From the NCBI GenBank assembly GCA_964187785.1, contig OZ076412.1, forward strand, positions 74,338,001 to 74,402,000: a stretch of 64,000 nucleotides of DNA, read 5' to 3'. The position numbers were made by a program, and so were the translations under genes. This DNA comes from Amphiscolops sp. MND2022. Lineage: Eukaryota. Every line of letters begins with the position of its first letter. The first letter of the stretch is position 1. Below the pieces are notes generated by a model, which was not told the origin of the DNA, searched no databases, and worked only from the letters and a program-made list of their open reading frames with translations. Positions 61,685 through 64,000 of the stretch are shown here, piece by piece.

Positions 61685-64000
61685 AGTCTTAGTAAGTTCG
61701 GCTGTACTCTACATTCCCCCTTCTACTATTGGGTGATCATCTGCCAATGGGGGCGTTCTGCTTTCTGTTGTGGCGGTTGTTCCTCCACTGGTCCGATGTT
61801 TGGTATGCGGTTGACCGTTCCCGGCTGTTGTGTATGTTACGGTGGTTAACTGCCCGTGACGTCTGGATTTTGTCTTGTGACTGGTTTAAAGGTTGCTGTC
61901 TTCCCCCTCCGGTGCATCGTCCCGTTGTTCGGTGTCGCGCCCGAATTCAGCTTTTCTACGGTATGACCTGTAATCATGACAAATTGGGTTATTATATCTA
62001 AAAATAGGATTAGGTTTTGTCAAGTCTTCTTGATCTGCGTATAGGTTCTTTCTCTTCGGTTTCGATTTCAGTACTTGAACTCAAGTTACTTGCTTAGTCT
62101 AGTCCAGAGTTTTGCAGGTTATCTTCTAGTGTGTTGGGGTTTGGTTTCTTATCAGTGAATACCTTACCGTACTTGTCCCGGATAAAAACTTTCAGGTCTG
62201 CGCTTTTAGCGTCTTCTATGGCATGGTTTACTTCCGTGTCCGTCATGTATGTCGTTTTGATTGTCAGTGGGCCCGTGCGTATCCTGGTGTAGGGTGGTTG
62301 TCGGGGCTGGTTTGTGGAGAATTTGGGCTGGCTCAGTCTCTGATGCGTTTGGGTCTGTCTCGGCCGAAGGTGCTTTCCTTTGTGGCCGTGTTGTCCTGAA
62401 TCTCTGTCGTCTTTGGACTCACTGTGTCCATCAATGGCGCCTCTGAGTCGTCCTCGGATTCGATCACCAATGCCCGTTTCTGTTTGGATGGTGATCTGAT
62501 AAATCGGCCGTGTGGTCCACGTGGGCCGATTCCTCTGTTGTTGAGCTCCTGGTTAAAATCAACAATGGGTTTACTAATCATTTCTCTATGTATTATTCTC
62601 CCATTGGGTGTAGTAACGGTATGGTTTGTGCTCGATATTGCTAATTGTGGTTTATCAGAACATGCACTTTCGAACTTATTTCGTTGGCGTTTCTTTTCTA
62701 GAAATAGAAAAGGATAGTTCCTTACTCCCTTTGCGTTTTTCTTTGGCTTCATGGGCAGCTGGTCAGGCACACCGCCAGCTCCACTGAAGGAATATACCTA
62801 TAAGTGTCGTTTTGTTAGCTTTTTGTTAGCGTAACGTTTTGTTAGCGTTTCTATTTCATCAAGGTTTAGTAAGTTACTTATCTCCGTGTTCGGTTTTCTG
62901 CCGTTATGGAGTTCGAAAGCAGATTTTTTAATCGCGTGCGTGGCGTTTTTCTCATTACATCTAGGGACATGTTCAAAGCTTTTCAAATCGTTCTCCTGCT
63001 TTGATGTTAGTTAGGAAATTTTCTTTCAAGGTTCTAACCTCCCGTTCTACCAAGCCGGTGGGCGTGTGTATTTACAGTGTCCCGTATATTATCTTAATGT
63101 AGTGCTTCTTACAGAAATCTCTGAAAAGGCGTTCCGTAAAAGCAGTGGCTTAGTCCGTACTAACTGTTTTCGGTTTCCCACTTATTCGGATGTATTGTTC
63201 AAGAATTTTTACCGCTGTTCCACCGTCCCGACCGTAGATGTGCAGAATCTTGCGGCTGGCCATTTACTATACCGGTCCATGGACAACAAAATGTAAAATC
63301 GGAGGTTGTGTTCCGTGATTAGTCCGATAAAATCCAATTAGATTTCTTCGTTCGGATTGCTTAATGTAGGAGATTATTAGTTTCCGTACTTGGAATATTA
63401 GGCTTAATGTTCTTACCGGACATTTTGCAGTAAAGGCATGATTCGCACTTCCTTTGTTTTGCATTGGTCATCCGTGGCCACCAGAAAAGTCGTGCGGCAA
63501 GGGTCATTTTATTGATGGCAGGATGGCCTTTGTGTAATAGGCTGATGATCGTTGTTCGGAGATAATAATCTTGTCCTTGATGAAGACGAAACCGAACCTG
63601 CTCGACAGTTTTTTCTTGTGCGTCTGGTACTCTTCTGGTATTAGCTCGTGTTGTTGGCTTTCCAGACAGACTAGGGTCTTAAGTAGGATCGGATCATTTG
63701 TGGTTTCCGTCATCAGCAGTTGAAGATCTGTTGAAATATTCCTCTCAGTCTCCCGTACGACCTGCTCCAGGTCCCAGTTAATTTCGTCTTGTGCTGCTGT
63801 TCTTGGGGCATGTCCCATTTTGACGTACTGAACACTTTTTACCCCTACGTGTAGCGTGCCCAATTCCATGCGGGTACTTCCAGAATAGACGGATCTTGAT
63901 CCGTCTCAATCGATTTTGCTTCTTCCATCGGTACGGGGGCGAATTGTTAGCTTGTGTTTGTTGTAACTGATGATGGTCCGGGTGTGTTCTGTTGCTGTTG
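61685..64000 (-). mobile_element. Decayed Ty3/gypsy 3' half (integrase region), running off the window
   Basis: HPAINK..WWPRM zinc-binding region, IQLDFIGPI..MDRYSKWP..GLVERG core, long C-terminal extension; PPT AGAAGGGGGAA at 61714-61724 followed by a TGTAGAG LTR stub of about 30 bp. Confidence 0.88.

Overview
This is AT-rich eukaryotic (animal-like) DNA, not prokaryotic; I found no rRNA, intact tRNA or CRISPR array. The one clearly functional gene is a + strand eIF4G at 36878-57100. I could splice it by hand into 16 phase-consistent GT-AG exons (5580 nt, 1859 aa) carrying a PABP-binding-like motif, the YxxxxL-phi eIF4E-binding motif, and MIF4G, MA3 and W2 domains. Its introns are packed with hAT-type MITEs (8-bp TSDs), Tc1/mariner-type MITEs and non-autonomous Helitron2-like elements, several of them nested. 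Upstream is a head-to-tail triplication of a ~6.4-kb block (15714-34837) joined by an identical 13-nt filler. Each copy holds LINE fragments and a three-exon, frame-consistent cassette encoding an S/N/Q/G/P-rich peptide that may be a 5' extension of eIF4G. The left 15 kb holds two decayed Ty3/gypsy elements; one is inserted in a CRE-type LINE tail and carries an SGNH-hydrolase-like ORF ahead of gag. A third gypsy runs off the right edge. All coordinates were counted by hand. All family assignments come from motif recognition, not database searches.
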